This document shows, piece after piece, positions 1-11,549 of a stretch of DNA of 53,221 nucleotides. The position numbers and the translations under genes were made by a program. Numbering within the stretch: position 1 is the first letter of the stretch; every line of letters starts with the position of its first letter. The notes beneath the pieces are model-generated. The model was not told the DNA's origin, ran no database searches, and saw nothing but the letters and a program-made list of their open reading frames with translations. Source of the DNA: Hydrurus foetidus (taxonomy: Eukaryota); assembly GCA_900617105.1 (NCBI GenBank), contig UYFQ01000007.1, positions 1 through 53,221 of the forward strand, given 5' to 3'.

Positions 1-2
1 AA

Positions 3-1340
3 GTGAACTGGGCAAAAAGGGAGTTTGAGACGATGGATTTGGGCGACAAGAGGCGCAACAAACGTGCAATCAAGATGATGGAAGGCTTCAGCGCGATGCC
101 CACCGGTAGCATCCCCCAAGCCTGCGGGGACTGGGCCGACACCTTGGGGGCGTACCGCTTCTTCGACAACGATGCCTTCGAATGGACTGACATCTTGGAG
201 CCCCACGTCCAAAGCAGCATGACCCGTATGGCGGCGCACCCCGTCGTGCTGTGCATCCAAGACACCACCGAACTCGACTTCAACGGCCAACAAGCTGCGG
301 GACTGGGACCCCTGAGCTACGCCCCACAGCGCGGCATGTACCTGCACCCCACCTACGCCATTTCTACCACCCGCGAACCGCTGGGCGTGCTGGACGCATG
401 GATGTGGGCACGCAAGGCAAAAAATGCTGACGGCACACGCCCCGGAGTCAGCGAGAGTTTGCGCTGGACAGAAGGCTACGAACGCCTGGCCGAGATAGCC
501 CCGCTGCTGCCCCTTACCCGACTGGTGTACTTGGCAGACCGCGAGGCCGACATCATGGAGTTAATGGTGCGTGCCCGCGAACTCCAAACCCCGGTGGACT
601 GGCTGGTGCGCTCCAAACACAACCGCGCACTGGGGGCGGGAGCCAAACTGTGGCCCCAAGTAACGGCCACCCAAGCCCTGGGCACGATCCGTTTCACCAT
701 GCCTGCGCGACAGGGCAAAGCCACCCGCGAGGTAGAGCAACAGGTGTGGGCTAAAACCGTGCAACTGCGCGACGGCAAAGGCGGCTTTGTCACAGCCAGC
801 TGCATCGTGGCACGCGAGATGACACCACCAGCGGGACAGACGGCCATCGAATGGCGACTGCTGACCAACCGGGACGTGGCCACACTGGCACAGGCCACCG
901 AGATGATCGACTGGTACCGCGCCCGCTGGGAGATAGAGATGTTCTTCCATGTCCTCAAGAACGGTTGCCACGTGGAGGCATTGCAGCTGGGCGACATTGA
1001 CAGGATCGAGCGTGCGGTGGTGATGTACATGATCGTCGCGTGGCGTATTGCGCGGCTGATGCGACTGGGGCGCAGTTGCCCGGAAATGGATGCGGCACTC
1101 ATGTTTGAGGCGGATGAATGGAAGGCCGCCTACATCCTGAACAAAGAAAAGATACCGGACAAGCCGCCCACCCTGAATGAAGTGGTTCGACTGGTCGCTC
1201 GTCTGGGTGGTTTCTTGGCACGCAAAGGGGATGGGGAGCCGGGTGTCAAAACCATCTGGCTGGGTATGCAGCGCATCATTGACTTCGCTGCTGGGATCAG
1301 GTTCTCACGGGAGCTTCTGGCTCAGGGGATTTGTGTATAA
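3..1340 (+). CDS. IS4 family transposase (IS50/Tn5-like); true start may lie just upstream
   Basis: WAKREF/LGDKR N-terminus, QDTTELDF, ADREAD, YRARWEIE (YREK-type) and LGGFLARKGDGEPG motifs typical of Tn5-like transposases. Confidence 0.93.
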   Translation: MNWAKREFETMDLGDKRRNKRAIKMMEGFSAMPTGSIPQACGDWADTLGAYRFFDNDAFEWTDILEPHVQSSMTRMAAHPVVLCIQDTTELDFNGQQAAGLGPLSYAPQRGMYLHPTYAISTTREPLGVLDAWMWARKAKNADGTRPGVSESLRWTEGYERLAEIAPLLPLTRLVYLADREADIMELMVRARELQTPVDWLVRSKHNRALGAGAKLWPQVTATQALGTIRFTMPARQGKATREVEQQVWAKTVQLRDGKGGFVTASCIVAREMTPPAGQTAIEWRLLTNRDVATLAQATEMIDWYRARWEIEMFFHVLKNGCHVEALQLGDIDRIERAVVMYMIVAWRIARLMRLGRSCPEMDAALMFEADEWKAAYILNKEKIPDKPPTLNEVVRLVARLGGFLARKGDGEPGVKTIWLGMQRIIDFAAGIRFSRELLAQGICV

Positions 1341-1347
1341 CGAGATG
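1329..1347. repeat. Right terminal inverted repeat of the IS
   Basis: ATTTGTGTATAACGAGATG resembles the IS50 end ACTTGTGTATAAGAGTCAG and contains the transposase stop codon. Confidence 0.8.
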
Positions 1348-1580
1348 CCCTTAAAGTCTTTACGGGTTATCCTTACGCGGTAGGCAGTTCCAACGGTTTG
1401 ATCTTTCCGTTTCCATTGGATTTCTTGTATGCCTCGGACTGGTGAACTTGCCACTTTTGGCCTCTAAAAATTGGTTGTTTGATAGGTGAATTTTACACGG
1501 ATCAACCAATGATTGCCATAGGGTGTTTTTGTGTTGAAAAGGCTGTAAACCCTTGTAAAACAAGGACTTAGGAGAGAAAA

Positions 1581-2114
1581 ATGACAGAAATTATTACTTT
1601 AGGATCAGGCTGTTTTTGGTGTACTGAAGCTGTTTTTGTCGATGTGAACGGCATCACAGATGTGGAATCCGGCTACTGCAACGGCCAAGCCCGGCGCCCC
1701 AGCTACGAAGACGTGTGTACCGGGCGCACGGGCTGCAACGAAGTCGTCAAACTCGAATTCGACCCCGCCCAGATCAGCCTGCGTCAGATTTTGGAAATTT
1801 TCTACGTCATCCACGACCCCACCACGCTGAACGCCCAAGGCAACGACCGGGGCACGCAGTACCGCAGCGGGATTTACGTCAGCAGCGCCGCGCAGCAAAC
1901 CATTGCTGAGGACATGATGCGCGAGATGACCCAAGACCAGCTGTTTGACCGCCCCATCGTGACCGAAGTACAGCCCCTGGCGAACTACTGGGCAGCGGAG
2001 GATTACCACCAAGACTACTTCGCCAACAACCCCTACCAGGGCTACTGCATGGCGGTGGCCGCGCCCAAGGTGGCGAAGTTTCGCAAGACGTTTGCGGGTT
2101 TGGTGAAGCGCTAA
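1581..2114 (+). CDS. msrA: Peptide-methionine (S)-S-oxide reductase
   Basis: GCFWC, HDPT, QGNDRGTQYRS, AEDYHQDY motifs; AGGAG RBS. Confidence 0.96.
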   Translation: MTEIITLGSGCFWCTEAVFVDVNGITDVESGYCNGQARRPSYEDVCTGRTGCNEVVKLEFDPAQISLRQILEIFYVIHDPTTLNAQGNDRGTQYRSGIYVSSAAQQTIAEDMMREMTQDQLFDRPIVTEVQPLANYWAAEDYHQDYFANNPYQGYCMAVAAPKVAKFRKTFAGLVKR

Positions 2115-2148
2115 GGCGCGTTAGCATCGCGGGGGCTGAGTTTGCCCC

Positions 2149-3006
2149 TCAGCGCAGCGCACTCGACATGGCTGACAGGGCGTTGAGGCTGCGCACGGCG
2201 CTTTGGATGCCGTCGCACATGATCTGAACGGTATCGGCATCCGTGCGCTGCACGGTGGGCCACAGTGCAAACAAATCCGCGAATGCCGGTGTTTGGCACT
2301 GCACGCGCAGTGTCAGCGGCCCAGGCATGCGAAAGGGTACGGGGACTTGTGTTGGGGGTAATCCGGCTTGCTGCTGCGCCAAGTGTTGCACGCTGCTGCA
2401 GGCGGTGGTGGCGATCAACGAACGGGCGTTTTCAGGTGAGAGCGAGCGGCCACTGCGGGCACCGTCAGACCACTTGACCACTGCGCAGTCCGTATGTGGC
2501 ATCAAGGCATGAAGCTCTTCGGCCATCACGTTGCAGCCGCTGGCCATCAGCACAGGCACGTTGAATTCACCTGCCAGGGCGGCATAGATGCCCACTTCGC
2601 CCAGCTCGGCCTGGTTCAGCCATACCCGCGCAAAGGCGAAGCTGCTGGTGGTGTGGGCCAGTACGCCCTGGGTCTTGGAGCGGGAATGCCAGCCGATCAT
2701 CAGCACGCCGTCCACGTCTTGGTCTACGCCGGTCATCATGCCCAGCAGGCGCGGCTTGCCTTGGATGGATTGGGCACGGGGATCCAACTCGTCCGCCAGC
2801 AGGTTGCCGAAATGGCCATGAGAATCGTTGACCAGTACCTCGCCCGCGCCACCGTCGAAAGCGCCTCGGATGGCGGCATTGGCTTCTTGCGTCATCCAGC
2901 GGCGGGCACGTTCGTATTCCGATTGACCAGCCTGGGTTTGCTCAGGCCGCCACACGCCAGCAATGCCTTCAATGTCGACAGCGATCAGGATTTTGGGAGG
3001 TTTCAT
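2149..3006 (-). CDS. M55 family D-aminopeptidase (DppA-like)
   Basis: DIEG, VNDSHG and LAHT zinc-ligand motifs; start placed at MKPPKILI. Confidence 0.88.
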   Translation of the reverse strand: MKPPKILIAVDIEGIAGVWRPEQTQAGQSEYERARRWMTQEANAAIRGAFDGGAGEVLVNDSHGHFGNLLADELDPRAQSIQGKPRLLGMMTGVDQDVDGVLMIGWHSRSKTQGVLAHTTSSFAFARVWLNQAELGEVGIYAALAGEFNVPVLMASGCNVMAEELHALMPHTDCAVVKWSDGARSGRSLSPENARSLIATTACSSVQHLAQQQAGLPPTQVPVPFRMPGPLTLRVQCQTPAFADLFALWPTVQRTDADTVQIMCDGIQSAVRSLNALSAMSSALR

Positions 3007-3066
3007 GGTTTCTGGAGAAGTTTCTGGCTCAGGAACAGGCGCACGAGCAGGGCAGGGCAACACGAA

Positions 3067-4167
3067 TCAGGTGGCGGAACGCTGGGGAACCAGCGCCTGC
3101 CAATCGGGTGCGATGTCGGTCAGGGCTTGGCGGCAATGGCCATCACGGCCTGTGACGGTGGTGGCTGCGAACAGCGCGTGGACGATGGCCTGCTCGGTGG
3201 CTTCGGCTGCGGCCTGGAACAGCAAGTCCAGCGCACTTTCATGCAGCAGGCGTACCGCTGGCATGGTGGCTGTGGCGGCGAGTTGCGGGATGCGGTAGGC
3301 CGTGGAAAACGCCAACGCGATGTCGCCACTGCCGTGGCCGTAGTCTGACCCCGTTCGGGCCAGCCCTGCGGAGGCGCGGCGGGCTAGGCGTTGCAGTTGG
3401 CGGGCATCCAGTGGCGCGTCAGTCGCCAGCAGCATGATGATGGAGCCGCGCTCAGGCCCGGTGAGTTCGTTGGAGGGCTGGGTGGACTGCGCCAAGCGGG
3501 CTTGCAAGGCTGGCCCGATGCACTGACCGGCCAGCGTGAGCGCGGCGGGCCGCCCCTGGTTGGCCAGCACCAGCGCCCCCAGCGTGTAGCGCTGGCCGCC
3601 CCAGACCACGCAACGCGAGGCGCTGCCAATGCCGCCCTTCAGGCCATAGCAGGACATGCCGCGCCCAGCACCGACGCTGCCCTGTGCGAAGCTTGGCTGC
3701 GCCACCCTGGCTTCAGCCAGCGCTTGCTGCACATGGGCCTCTCGCAAGGTCATGGCGCGGGCATTGTTGAGCCAGCCATCGTTGCATTCGAACACCAACG
3801 GGTTCAGGGTCGGCAGGCTGCGGGCCAGTTCGGGGTTATCGGCCAGGGCATCGCGTATCAGTGCCGTGCTGGCCGTGCCCACGGCGAAGGTGCTGACCAG
3901 CGCGATGGGTGACTCCAGCACGCCGAGCTCTTGCACCTGCATCAAGCCCGCGCTTTTGCCAAAACCGTTAACGATATCGATACCCGCAGGGATCTTCTGG
4001 AGGAACAGGTTGCCGGGCTGCGGCAGCACGATGGTGGCGCCGGTTTGGATGGCATCTTCGGCCAACGTACAGTGGCCCACAGCGACACCCGGCACATCGG
4101 TGATGGTGTCCAGCGGGCCTGCGTCCAGCACGCCGATACGCGGAGCACCCAGGGCTGTGCGCAGCAT
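3067..4167 (-). CDS. P1/S58 family aminopeptidase (DmpA-like)
   Basis: ITDVPGV, NGFGK, ECNDG, GLKGGIGSAS, GS autoprocessing site (ERGSII), GSGD. Confidence 0.9.
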   Translation of the reverse strand: MLRTALGAPRIGVLDAGPLDTITDVPGVAVGHCTLAEDAIQTGATIVLPQPGNLFLQKIPAGIDIVNGFGKSAGLMQVQELGVLESPIALVSTFAVGTASTALIRDALADNPELARSLPTLNPLVFECNDGWLNNARAMTLREAHVQQALAEARVAQPSFAQGSVGAGRGMSCYGLKGGIGSASRCVVWGGQRYTLGALVLANQGRPAALTLAGQCIGPALQARLAQSTQPSNELTGPERGSIIMLLATDAPLDARQLQRLARRASAGLARTGSDYGHGSGDIALAFSTAYRIPQLAATATMPAVRLLHESALDLLFQAAAEATEQAIVHALFAATTVTGRDGHCRQALTDIAPDWQALVPQRSAT

Positions 4168-4175
4168 GGGTGGCT

Positions 4176-5057
4176 TCAGTTGTCCAACTTGGGATCAAGC
4201 GCGTCCCGCAGGCCGTCACCCAGCAGGTTGAAGGCCAATACGGTCACGAAGATGGCCAGACTGGGGAACAACCCAATGTGAGGCGAGTTGAGCATGTCAG
4301 CCCGTGCCTCGTTGAGCATCGCCCCCCATTCAGGGGTAGGCGGCTGCGCACCCAGGCCCAGAAAGGACAGGCTGGCCGCTGTGATGATTGAGGTGCCGAT
4401 ACGCATCGTCAGGTACACCACCACCGATGAGACAGTGCCGGGCAGCAGGTGGCGCAGCATGATGACCGAGTCTGGCGCACCGATGGAGCGCACTGCCTCG
4501 ATGTAGGTCTGGTGCTTTAGCGACAGCACGTTGCCACGCACCAGGCGGGCAAAGGCGGGCACACTGAACACGGCCACGGCGAAGATCACGTTGACCATTC
4601 CGTTGCCCAGGATTGCCACGATACCGATGGCCAGCAGGATGCCGGGGAAGGCAAACAGCACGTCCGACATGCGCATCACGATGCGGTCCCACCAGCCTTC
4701 GTAGTAACCCGCGAACAGGCCGAGCAGCGTGCCGATGACGGCCCCCACGGCAACCGAGGAAAAGCCCGCTGCCAAAGAGATGCGGGCACCGAGCAGGATG
4801 CGGCTGAAGATATCGCGCCCCAGTGCGTCCACGCCGAACCAGTGCTGGGCCGATGGCGGCGCGTTGAGTGCGTCGTAGTCAAAGTAGTTTTCTGCGTCAT
4901 AAGGTGCCAGCCACGGCGCGAACACCGCTGTCAGCACCAGCAGCAGCACAAAGCTACCAGCGAAAAGCGCTACGCGCTGGCGTTTGAATTTGCGCCAAAA
5001 CTCACTGGCGGGAGTACGCACGGCATCGGTATCAGGATTCACGGGGGCAGATTTCAT
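4176..5057 (-). CDS. gsiD: Glutathione/peptide ABC transporter permease
   Basis: [14 protein letters not shown]-type loop, [21 protein letters not shown]; operon context. Confidence 0.88.
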   Translation of the reverse strand: MKSAPVNPDTDAVRTPASEFWRKFKRQRVALFAGSFVLLLVLTAVFAPWLAPYDAENYFDYDALNAPPSAQHWFGVDALGRDIFSRILLGARISLAAGFSSVAVGAVIGTLLGLFAGYYEGWWDRIVMRMSDVLFAFPGILLAIGIVAILGNGMVNVIFAVAVFSVPAFARLVRGNVLSLKHQTYIEAVRSIGAPDSVIMLRHLLPGTVSSVVVYLTMRIGTSIITAASLSFLGLGAQPPTPEWGAMLNEARADMLNSPHIGLFPSLAIFVTVLAFNLLGDGLRDALDPKLDN

Positions 5058-5974
5058 TTGAAGCGGATGGTGGGGTTGATGATGGCGTAGAGCAGGTCAA
5101 CTACCAAGTTAATCAGGATGAACTCCAGCGAGAACAGCAGAACCAGTGCCTGGATGATCGGGTAGTCACGCATCTCTACTGCGTCCACCAGCAGGCGGCC
5201 CATGCCTGGCCAGTTGAAGACCATCTCCACCACAATGGAGCCACCCAACAGGAAGCCGAATTGCAGGCCCATCATCGTGACGACCGGTATCAGCGCGTTG
5301 CGCAGGCCATGCTTGATCACCACCACCGTTTCAGAAAGGCCCTTGGCGCGGGCGGTGCGCACATAGTCTTCCTTCAGGATGTCGATAAACGAGCTGCGTG
5401 TGAAGCGTGCCATCACCGCCGCCACCCCTGCACCCAGCGTGAGCGAAGGCAGGATGTAATGCCGCCAGGAGTCCGCCCCCACCGTCGGCAACCAGCCCAA
5501 CTTCACCGAAAACACCTGCATCAGCAGCATGCCCAGCGCGAAGGAGGGGAAAGAGATGCCTGAGATGGCCAGCGTCATGCCCAGCCTGTCCGGCCAGCGG
5601 TTGCGCCACACGGCGGACACCATGCCCAACACCAAGCCCAGCAGCACAGACCACACCATCGCGGTCACAGTGAGCCAAAAGGTGGGCGCAAAGCGCTCGC
5701 TGATTTCTGTGGACACGGGCCGCTTGCTGCGGATGGATGTGCCGAAGTCGCCTTGCAGCGCATGCCCGAAAAAGCGCACGAACTGCTGTGTCAGCGGCAA
5801 GTCCAGCCCCAGGTCGTGGCGCACCAGTTCCACCGTTTCAGGGCCAGCTTCCGGCCCTGCTGCCAGACGCGCCGGGTCGCCCGGTAGCATGTGCACGAAC
5901 AGGAAGACCAGCACGGCCACAATCAGCAGCGTGGGCAGCAGGCCCAGCAGGCGTTTGAGCAGATAGTGGGTCAT
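5054..5974 (-). CDS. gsiC: Glutathione/peptide ABC transporter permease
   Basis: [29 protein letters not shown]. Confidence 0.88.
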   Translation of the reverse strand: MTHYLLKRLLGLLPTLLIVAVLVFLFVHMLPGDPARLAAGPEAGPETVELVRHDLGLDLPLTQQFVRFFGHALQGDFGTSIRSKRPVSTEISERFAPTFWLTVTAMVWSVLLGLVLGMVSAVWRNRWPDRLGMTLAISGISFPSFALGMLLMQVFSVKLGWLPTVGADSWRHYILPSLTLGAGVAAVMARFTRSSFIDILKEDYVRTARAKGLSETVVVIKHGLRNALIPVVTMMGLQFGFLLGGSIVVEMVFNWPGMGRLLVDAVEMRDYPIIQALVLLFSLEFILINLVVDLLYAIINPTIRFK

Positions 5975-5985
5975 GGCTTCAGCGG

Positions 5986-7530
5986 TTACTTCAATTCGAC
6001 ATCATCAAAGCTGAAGCTGCCGTCTGGAATGACATAGAAGCCGGTCAGGTTGCGTGCGCGCACTGACAGCAACTGCTCCGTCACCAAGAAGGCCCAGGGT
6101 GCGTCTTTCCAGATTTGGCGTTGTGCATCGCCGTACAGTTTTGCCTTTTCTGTGCTGCTGGTGGTGATCAGCGCCTTGGCAATCGCACCATCAACCTCGG
6201 GGCTTTTGTAATAGGCCGTGTTGAACAGCTTGGGCGGGAAGGATTCGGATGCCAGCAGTGGGCGCAAAGCCCAGTCAGCCTCGCCCGTCGATGAAGACCA
6301 GCCCACGTAGTACATGCGCACAGGGGCTGTGAGGGGGTCTTGCGCACTTTCGACACGCTCGACACGTTGCCCGGCTTCCAGCGCCAGCACCTGCACCTTG
6401 ACACCGACTTGTGCCAGCTGCTGCTGCACGAACTGGATCACCTTTTGCGCGGTGGTGTAGTTGTAGGCAGACCAGAGGGTGGTTTCAAAGCCATTGGGGT
6501 AGCCGGCTTCTTTCAGCAGCTCTTTGGCCTTGGCCGGGTTGTACGGCCAAGGGCCGAGCTTGACGTTGTATTCCACACCCTTGGGCAACACACCTTCGGC
6601 AGGGATGGCATAGCCGGAGAAGGCCACTTTGACCAGCGCTTCTTTGTTGATCGCGTAGTTGATGGCTTCACGCACCTTGGGGTTGTCGAACGGTTTTTGC
6701 TGCGTGTTCATCGACAAGTAGCGCTGGATGATGGATGGCGCACTGGTCACTTCCAGGCTGGGTTTTTTGGAAAGGGTTTCTACCGCTTCTGGGGGCATCG
6801 GGAAGGCGAAGTGCGCTTCGTTGGTCTGCATCATGGCAGAGCGGGTGTTGTTGTCCACCACCGGGCGCCATGTGATGCTGTCGATCTTCGGGTAGCCCTT
6901 TTTCCAGTAGCCATCGAACTTAGCGACCTTCAGGTAGTCGGTGGATTTCCATTCGACAAACTTGAACGGGCCGGTGCCCACCGGGTTTTGCGCAATGCCT
7001 TTGCTGCCATATTTGGCCAACGCTGCGGGCGAGATGATCACGGCTGAAGGATGGGCCAGCGTGTTGATGAAGGGCGAGAACGGATCCTTGAGCGTGAAGC
7101 GCACGGTGGTCGCGTCCACGGCTTCGGTCTTGCTGATGTTTTTGTAGAGGTTGTAGCGCTTGAGCTTGTTTTCTGGGTTGGTCACGCGGTCAAAGGTGAC
7201 TTTCACCGCCTCGGCATTGAAGTCGGTGCCGTCATGGAACTTGATGCCCTTTTTGAGCTTGAGCGTGTAGACCAGCCCGTCCTTGCTGACGGTGTGGCCG
7301 TCGGCCAGCACGGGGACCATCTTCATGTCCTTGTCGAAACCGTACAGACCCTGGTAGAACGATTTGGCCATCGCCTGGGACAAGGTGTCGTTGGCATCGT
7401 AAGGGTCTGTCGTGGTGAAGTTGGACTGGACGGCGACGACGATGTCCTTCGATGCGTGGGCCGAGGCGGCAAAGCCCGCTAGGCCAACCAGCGTCAACGC
7501 AGAGACGAGAGAGGAAAGGCGCTTGTTCAT
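5986..7530 (-). CDS. gsiB: Glutathione ABC transporter substrate-binding protein
   Basis: Signal peptide, [30 protein letters not shown]; family 5 SBP. Confidence 0.88.
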   Translation of the reverse strand: MNKRLSSLVSALTLVGLAGFAASAHASKDIVVAVQSNFTTTDPYDANDTLSQAMAKSFYQGLYGFDKDMKMVPVLADGHTVSKDGLVYTLKLKKGIKFHDGTDFNAEAVKVTFDRVTNPENKLKRYNLYKNISKTEAVDATTVRFTLKDPFSPFINTLAHPSAVIISPAALAKYGSKGIAQNPVGTGPFKFVEWKSTDYLKVAKFDGYWKKGYPKIDSITWRPVVDNNTRSAMMQTNEAHFAFPMPPEAVETLSKKPSLEVTSAPSIIQRYLSMNTQQKPFDNPKVREAINYAINKEALVKVAFSGYAIPAEGVLPKGVEYNVKLGPWPYNPAKAKELLKEAGYPNGFETTLWSAYNYTTAQKVIQFVQQQLAQVGVKVQVLALEAGQRVERVESAQDPLTAPVRMYYVGWSSSTGEADWALRPLLASESFPPKLFNTAYYKSPEVDGAIAKALITTSSTEKAKLYGDAQRQIWKDAPWAFLVTEQLLSVRARNLTGFYVIPDGSFSFDDVELK

Positions 7531-7626
7531 GCAATAACTCCTAAAAGACGAGGGAAGAAAGGGAGAAGAAAGAGGAAAAGGGAAGCGAGAGTTTAAAAAG
7601 AATGCGCTGTAGCCCTACAGCCGCTG

Positions 7627-9516
7627 CTAATACGGCCCCCCAACGGAATGCCGCGCCACAAAATGCCCCGGCCCCACTTCAATCAGCGGTGCCACCTGGG
7701 GTGCGTCTCCGATGTCGCGGATGGGGCTGGGGATATCGCCCGCCATCAGCTCGCGTGCCGTGTTGCGGCGGGTCGGGTCAGCTACTGGCACGGCGGCCAT
7801 CAAGCGGCGTGTGTAGGCGTGCTGCGGGTTCTCAAACACAGCGCGGCGTGGCCCGATTTCAACGATCTGGCCCAGGTACATCACCGCGACACGGTGGCTG
7901 ATGCGCTCCACCACCGCCATGTCGTGGGAAATGAAGAGAAAGGCAATGCCGAATTCGCGCTGCAAGTCGAGCATCAGGTTGATGATCTGCGCCCGTATCG
8001 ACACGTCCAGCGCGGACACGGCTTCGTCGGCAATCACCACCTTGGGGTTCAATGCCAGGGCGCGGGCAATGGCGATGCGCTGGCGTTGGCCACCAGAGAA
8101 TTCATGCGGATAGCGGTTGGCGGCCTCGGGTGGCAGACCGACTTTATTGAGCAGCCAGCGCACGCGCTCTTGCGCTTCGCGTTCGGAAGCCAGGCGGTGT
8201 ATCAGTATCGGCTCCATGATCGAAAAGCCTACCGTCAGGCGCGGGTCGAGTGACGCGAACGGGTCTTGAAAGACGAATTGGATGTCGCGGCGCAGGGCCT
8301 GCAAGGGCTTGCCCTTGAGCCCGGCGATGTCCCTACCCACCACTTCCACGCGGCCCGCTTGGAAATCCAGCAAGCGTGCGAGCGAACGGCCTGTGGTCGA
8401 TTTTCCGCAGCCGGACTCGCCGACCAGCGAGAGGGTTTCACCGGCCTTGAGTTCAAAGTTAAGCTGCTCCACTGCATGCACTTGACGGCGCACGCGCCCC
8501 ATCAAGCCACTGCGCAAAGGAAAGCGGGTGACCAGACCCTTTACCTTGAGCACCGGTGGTTGGTCGTGGCGAACGGTATCGGGCTGGCCTGTCATGCCCA
8601 ATGCCTCACTCATTTTTTCGCCGGGCACGGTAAAGCGGGTGGGCAAATCCAGCCCCTGCATGGCACCCAGCCGGGGCACCGCCGCCAGCAGCGCCTGCGT
8701 GTAGGCTTGCTGCGGGCTGGCAAACAGGGCTTGGCACTCGCCTTCTTCAACTTTGTCGCCACGGAACATCACCAGCACGCGGTCGGCAATCTCGGCCACC
8801 ACGCCCATGTCGTGGGTGATGAAGATCACGCCCATCGCCATGTCGCGTTGCAGTTGCTGAACCAGCGCGAGAATCTGCGCCTGGATGGTCACGTCCAGCG
8901 CCGTGGTGGGTTCATCGGCGATCAGCAGCGCAGGCTTGCAGGCCAGTGCCATCGCAATCATCACGCGCTGGCGCATGCCACCGGAGAGCTGGTGCGGGTG
9001 GCGGCCAAGCACGTTCTTGGCCTCGGGGATGCGTACCAAGTCCAGCATGCGCAAAGCTTCGGCCAGTGCCGCCGCACGCGACAATCCCTGGTGCAGGCGG
9101 ATGGTTTCGGCAATCTGCTCGCCCACGGTGAACACCGGGTTCAGCGAAGTCATCGGCTCTTGGAACACCATCGCCATGTCCGCACCGCGCACGCTGCGCA
9201 TCTGCGCCTGCGTGGCCTGGGCCAGATCAACGCGCTCTTGGTTGCGGCGGGTGAGCCACATGCTGCCGCTGTCGATGCTGCCACCGCCTTGCTCTACCAA
9301 GCGCATCAGCGCGAGTGACGAAACAGATTTCCCCGAGCCAGATTCACCCACGATGGCCAGTGTTTCACCGGTATTGACGTGGAAGCTCAGTTTGCGTACG
9401 GCCTGCACGGCGCGCTGCTCGCTGCGAAAGCTCACGCTCAGGTCTTGCACGTCCAGCACCCGTGCGTTCGGTGTGCTTGTTTTTGTCGAGGTATTGGCGC
9501 CCATGCCAAGTGTCAT
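7627..9516 (-). CDS. gsiA: Dual-ATPase ABC subunit
   Basis: Two Walker A motifs ([16 protein letters not shown]) and two SGG signatures. Confidence 0.88.
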   Translation of the reverse strand: MTLGMGANTSTKTSTPNARVLDVQDLSVSFRSEQRAVQAVRKLSFHVNTGETLAIVGESGSGKSVSSLALMRLVEQGGGSIDSGSMWLTRRNQERVDLAQATQAQMRSVRGADMAMVFQEPMTSLNPVFTVGEQIAETIRLHQGLSRAAALAEALRMLDLVRIPEAKNVLGRHPHQLSGGMRQRVMIAMALACKPALLIADEPTTALDVTIQAQILALVQQLQRDMAMGVIFITHDMGVVAEIADRVLVMFRGDKVEEGECQALFASPQQAYTQALLAAVPRLGAMQGLDLPTRFTVPGEKMSEALGMTGQPDTVRHDQPPVLKVKGLVTRFPLRSGLMGRVRRQVHAVEQLNFELKAGETLSLVGESGCGKSTTGRSLARLLDFQAGRVEVVGRDIAGLKGKPLQALRRDIQFVFQDPFASLDPRLTVGFSIMEPILIHRLASEREAQERVRWLLNKVGLPPEAANRYPHEFSGGQRQRIAIARALALNPKVVIADEAVSALDVSIRAQIINLMLDLQREFGIAFLFISHDMAVVERISHRVAVMYLGQIVEIGPRRAVFENPQHAYTRRLMAAVPVADPTRRNTARELMAGDIPSPIRDIGDAPQVAPLIEVGPGHFVARHSVGGPY

Positions 9517-10541
9517 GCCCTGCTCCCGTCTTGTTCATCCGCATAAATGGCGCAGACCGGCACCTCGCCCACACGGGCCCAGCCTCGGTACATGCCTTCG
9601 GTGTTGAAGGGCAGGGCAACATGGCCCTGCGCGTCCACGGCGATCAGGCCACCACGGCCACCGAGCGGCGGCAGCTTGTCCATCACCACACGGCTGGCGG
9701 CATCGGCCAGTGGCAGGCCAGCGTATTCCATCAGTGCTGACACATCATAGGCTGCCATGCCCCGTATAAAGGCTTCGCCCATGCCGGTACAAGAGACCGC
9801 CACCGTCTTGTCGTTGGCATAGCAGCCCGCACCCACCAGCGGCGAATCGCCCACCCGGCCGGGCAATTTGTTGGTGATACCCCCAGTCGAGGTGGCAGCG
9901 GCCAGATGGCCTTGGGCGTCCAAGGCCACGGCACCGACAGTGCCGAACTTGGCACGCTCGTCCAGCGGGGCGGCGGCGAGCATGCTCTGGCCGTCATGGT
10001 CTAGTGCAGCCTCTTGTCCGCCCCGGTGGGCGTTAGCCTGTACGGTTCGCAGTTGGGCTAGGCGTTCGGGTGTGCCAAACCATTCGGGGTCAACGGTTTC
10101 GCAGCCGCGCCCAACAGCGAAGCGTTCTGCGCCCTCGCCAATCATCAACACCGGGCCATTGGCTTCCAGCAGGGCGCGTGCAGCCAAGATGGGGTTGCGA
10201 AGGCGGTTGACACCGGCCACCGCGCCAGCAGCCAAATCACTGCCGCGCATCACGCAAGCATCCAACTCATGGCGGGCATTTGCGGTGTAGACGGCACCAT
10301 GGCCCGCATTGAACAGCGGGCATTCTTCAAGCAGGCGCACGGCTTCGGTGACGGCTTCCAGCGCCGATGCGCCGCCCTCCAGCAGGGCTTGCGCCGCCAG
10401 CAAGATGTCCAACAAGGCTGTGCGGTAACGCGCTTGCTGCTCGCCCGTGATGGCGGTGCGGGTAAGGGTGCCTGCGCCGCCGTGTATGGCGATGACGGGG
10501 CGAACGGCTTGGCCGTCAGAGTGTGGGGTGTTGGGGCGCAT
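9513..10541 (-). CDS. iaaA: Isoaspartyl peptidase/L-asparaginase (Ntn hydrolase)
   Basis: IHGGAG, GTVGAVA, ATSTGG, GRVGDSP; upstream of gsiA as in E. coli. Confidence 0.9.
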   Translation of the reverse strand: MRPNTPHSDGQAVRPVIAIHGGAGTLTRTAITGEQQARYRTALLDILLAAQALLEGGASALEAVTEAVRLLEECPLFNAGHGAVYTANARHELDACVMRGSDLAAGAVAGVNRLRNPILAARALLEANGPVLMIGEGAERFAVGRGCETVDPEWFGTPERLAQLRTVQANAHRGGQEAALDHDGQSMLAAAPLDERAKFGTVGAVALDAQGHLAAATSTGGITNKLPGRVGDSPLVGAGCYANDKTVAVSCTGMGEAFIRGMAAYDVSALMEYAGLPLADAASRVVMDKLPPLGGRGGLIAVDAQGHVALPFNTEGMYRGWARVGEVPVCAIYADEQDGSRA

Positions 10542-10563
10542 GGCAGTGTTTTCAGGGGCGAGT

Positions 10564-11499
10564 TCAGGGGCGAGGCAAGGTGTGAAGTTCGCGGGCGGAA
10601 TCGAGGTGAAGCCAGGGCAGTACGCCACGGGCGAGCACCTGTGCACGTTCGACTGCAGCTTCTGTCTGGCGGGCTACAGCGGCGACCAGTGCCTCCAGCA
10701 GCGCCAGCACCGTGGCATTAGAGGTGGCCGCCACCTGTCGGTTGACCTGGGCATAGAGTGTCACATCGGCCAGTGGCACCAGAGGTGACAGGGGGCGGTC
10801 GGTCAGCGCCAGCACCTTCACGCCGCGCTCGCGGGCCAAGCGCACCAGGGCGATGGTGTCGTCCACATAGCGGGGGAAGGCCAGCGCGATCACCAGATCC
10901 TGCGGGCCGCGCTTGACCAATTGCCGTGCTGCGTGCGAAGGGCCACCCGATTGGGCCAGGCTGCTGACCTGTGAGCAGTAGGGTTCCAGTTCGTGTTGCA
11001 GCAGGCCGGCGAGGTAGGCGCTGCTGCCCCAGCCCAGGGTCAGCACCTGGGTGGACTGTACGATCAGATCCACCGCGTGCTGGTACGGCTGGCTGGGCAG
11101 GGATTGCAGGGTGCGTTCCATGTTTGTGCTGGTTTCCCGCAGCGACGCGGCCAGTGTTTCCAGTGTGCTGGCGGGCTGTCGCAAGTTGCTACGCAGGCTT
11201 TCCACCGGGGCCAGAATGGACTCAAAGCTTTTGGCTACCTCGGCGCGGAATTGCGGGTAACCCGCAAAACCCAGCGCTCTTGCAAAGCGGTTGGCGGTGG
11301 CCACCGACACGGCCACCTCGCGTGAGAATTCCTCAATGCTGAGCGTTGCTGCTTTGAATGGGTGTGTGAGCACCGTTTCGGCCATGCGCCGAAGTGCTGC
11401 AGGCAATTTCGGTGCATGGCAGGCCACGAGCTGGAGCACGGGCAGGCTGGCGCTATGGCTGGCTTTGCTGTCTGACTGCGCTGTCGTGGGCATATTCAT
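10564..11499 (-). CDS. MurR/RpiR family transcriptional regulator
   Basis: N-terminal HTH (VSVATANRFARALGFAGY) plus SIS domain (FPRY, LTD..SPL). Confidence 0.9.
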   Translation of the reverse strand: MNMPTTAQSDSKASHSASLPVLQLVACHAPKLPAALRRMAETVLTHPFKAATLSIEEFSREVAVSVATANRFARALGFAGYPQFRAEVAKSFESILAPVESLRSNLRQPASTLETLAASLRETSTNMERTLQSLPSQPYQHAVDLIVQSTQVLTLGWGSSAYLAGLLQHELEPYCSQVSSLAQSGGPSHAARQLVKRGPQDLVIALAFPRYVDDTIALVRLARERGVKVLALTDRPLSPLVPLADVTLYAQVNRQVAATSNATVLALLEALVAAVARQTEAAVERAQVLARGVLPWLHLDSARELHTLPRP

Positions 11500-11502
11500 G
11501 GA

Positions 11503-11549
11503 TGTAAATTATTTTCCTGAATGTTTTAATAAATGTAAAGCAATTTACA
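11503..11549. promoter_or_regulatory. Putative RpiR-family operator(s)
   Basis: Palindrome TGTAAA-GCAA-TTTACA (11534-11549) and a related site TGTAAATTATTTTCC (11503-11517) in an AT-rich patch just upstream of the regulator. Confidence 0.5.

Larger units (their letters stand above)
1..1347 (+). mobile_element. IS4-family (IS50/Tn5 group) insertion sequence, left end outside window
   Basis: Transposase ORF followed by, and overlapping, a 19-bp IS50-like end at 1329-1347. Confidence 0.9.

Noticed and set aside
1479..1505. FNR box (TTGAT..ATCAA)
   Set aside because: Half sites are 17 bp apart rather than 4
8266..9318. 350-aa plus-strand ORF and many similar overlapping ORFs in the track
   Set aside because: Antisense or off-frame to well-supported genes
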